Below are positions 62,241 through 64,000 of a DNA stretch of 64,000 nucleotides, in pieces; within the stretch, counting starts at the first letter, position 1; every line of letters begins with the position of its first letter. The stretch covers positions 133,463,545 through 133,527,544 of the forward strand of contig NC_068982.1 in NCBI RefSeq assembly GCF_001194135.2. Reading direction: 5' to 3'. The position numbers and the translations under genes are program-made. The notes under the pieces are model-generated. The model did not search any database and was not told where the DNA came from. It was given only the letters and a program-made list of their open reading frames with translations. This DNA comes from Octopus bimaculoides (lineage: Eukaryota).

Positions 62241-63302
62241 CTGAAATTATAGATTAGTTCAAAAGTTATAAGATCAAAATATTAAATACTTTACTCTGTT
62301 CAAGTTTTATTTTTTAAAGTAAAGTATATCAGGGACTCCTAATATTAGAGGATCTAATCAATTACTAAATCTTCCAATAATAACAGGTATAACTAAGAGA
62401 AAAAATCATAACAAATGCATAATAGGCAGTAACAATTACAATTGATCATTTAACAATTGATCATCATTTAATAAAGACCCCAGTTGACCTAGTTCTGCAT
62501 GAATTATTAATCATAGGGATATACATAGTAGTCCTGACCAAATCCCAAACTTGAAATATGATAATTATTATAGCTTATCTCGGTGCATGTGTACTTGTGT
62601 ATTATGAAGTTTGCTTCATAACAAACAGTTTTGGGTTCCACCCCATTGTGTGGTAACTGAGACAAGAGTCTTCTACTTTTGCTTCAAATTGTAGTAAACC
62701 CTTGTAAGGGAGAATGATACAGGGAAATTATTCAGAAGTCTGTTGTGTGTGTATGTGTCTATGGTATGCAAATTAGTAGGTCCACTTTTCTGAAGGTACT
62801 GTAACTGTTTGTGTATGTAAACAGATTGGCTGCTTATTTCTTTGGAATTGGTCAAATTGATGCAAACACCTCTGATGAGAATCCAATAAAATTTGGAAAT
62901 CAATTAAGGTTGTTCATAATTTTTTTTTCCAGTCTATGAAAAAATAGCTAAATAAGCACTGTTTATTTATCTACTATATAGGCCACACATACATATACAT
63001 ATATTAAAACAAAGAATGGAATTAATGACACTGTTTTAATACTGTAGTTACAAATGTTTCTTTACAACATGGAAATACATTTTATGAATCATCGTTTAAC
63101 GTCCGCTTTCCATGCTAGCATGGGTTGAAGAATATAGATATTAATATCAATGATAATATAGATATAATAAATTTATAATAAAATGTATATGTACTTTAGA
63201 TCTTTTCCTGTGTGTAAATCTTCAGCCAGTTTCAACATAATAATGTTAAAGATTTACACGTGGGAAAAAAATCTATGTTAATGCCTGTATCTTATTCTGA
63301 AT

Positions 63303-63452
63303 TTGGCGTTAGGAAGGGCATCCAGCTGTAGAAACTCTGCCAAATCAGACTGGAGCCTGGTGTTGCCATCCGGTTTCACCAGTCCTCAGTCAAATCGTCC
63401 AACCCATGCTAGCATGGAAAGCGGACGTTAAACGATGATGATGATGATGATG
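63303..63452 (+). mobile_element. Young 5'-truncated RTE-tail repeat (family A)
   Basis: Identical by eye to 41802-41950. Confidence 0.88.
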
Positions 63453-63877
63453 ATTAATAACTATATTCATAAAATTTATTTCCCATGTAACAAAACATTT
63501 GTAACTACAGTATTAAAATAGCACCATAAATTCCAGTTTTTGTTTTTAATACATACATAATCTGTGAATAATAATACTTGACCAGAAATTTCAACTTATA
63601 TGTATGGTTTTCTCATTTATACATTTGCTAGTCAGAATATGTACACATACTTCATGAGGAATACTTAGATTATTATCCTTTATATGCTGTTGGGCCCCCG
63701 CTGCTGATATTGGGGGCTGCATTCTATGCCTTGACCGGAGCATAGAACGGGGCTCGCCTCTTTGAGTTGGGAAATGAATGGAATGCTTGGAGTGTGTCTT
63801 GTTGTGGATACCCACTTCCTAAAAAAATAGGGAATAGGCGTGGGTATATATAAAAAAATGATATATAATGTATATAA

Positions 63878-63914
<37 letters not shown>

Positions 63915-64000
63915 TTCTCTCTCTTTCTTTGGCTAGGTAACCATGTACCTCCACTACAGCAAAACACCTGTTTCTGTCTTTCTGTCATACTCTAACCATT

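Noticed and set aside
62241-64000. Search for the N-terminal C12orf4 exons
   Set aside because: No segment resembling the N-terminal ~100 aa was found by eye; presumed beyond the window.

Overview
AT-rich animal genomic DNA with several N-gaps. The repeat families, (TA)n/(CA)n/(GAT)n tails and gene models suggest an octopod cephalopod (inference). Two multi-exon housekeeping genes face each other tail-to-tail, and both lack their 5' exons in this window. On +, nine exons (4861-21348) encode the C-terminal 381 aa of protein disulfide-isomerase (P4HB/PDIA1 type; WCGHC a' site; ends HVEL*). On -, ten exons (62240-28623) encode the C-terminal 449 aa of a C12orf4/FERRY3 orthologue. I assembled both by hand from GT-AG sites, and both splice into uninterrupted frames. 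Most of these exons are missing or mis-framed in the ORF track, whose other ORFs are largely repeat or gap artefacts. Introns are packed with SINEs, RTE LINE pieces, two mariners, a MULE remnant, hAT, piggyBac-like and Merlin-like MITEs, and a HERO-like RLE retrotransposon. I found no demonstrably new biological system. The best leads are a Merlin-like MITE carrying a telomeric palindrome, a (TA)n-flanked HERO-like element, a degenerate hammerhead-like motif sense to the FERRY3 pre-mRNA, and several intronic inverted-repeat or hairpin structures.
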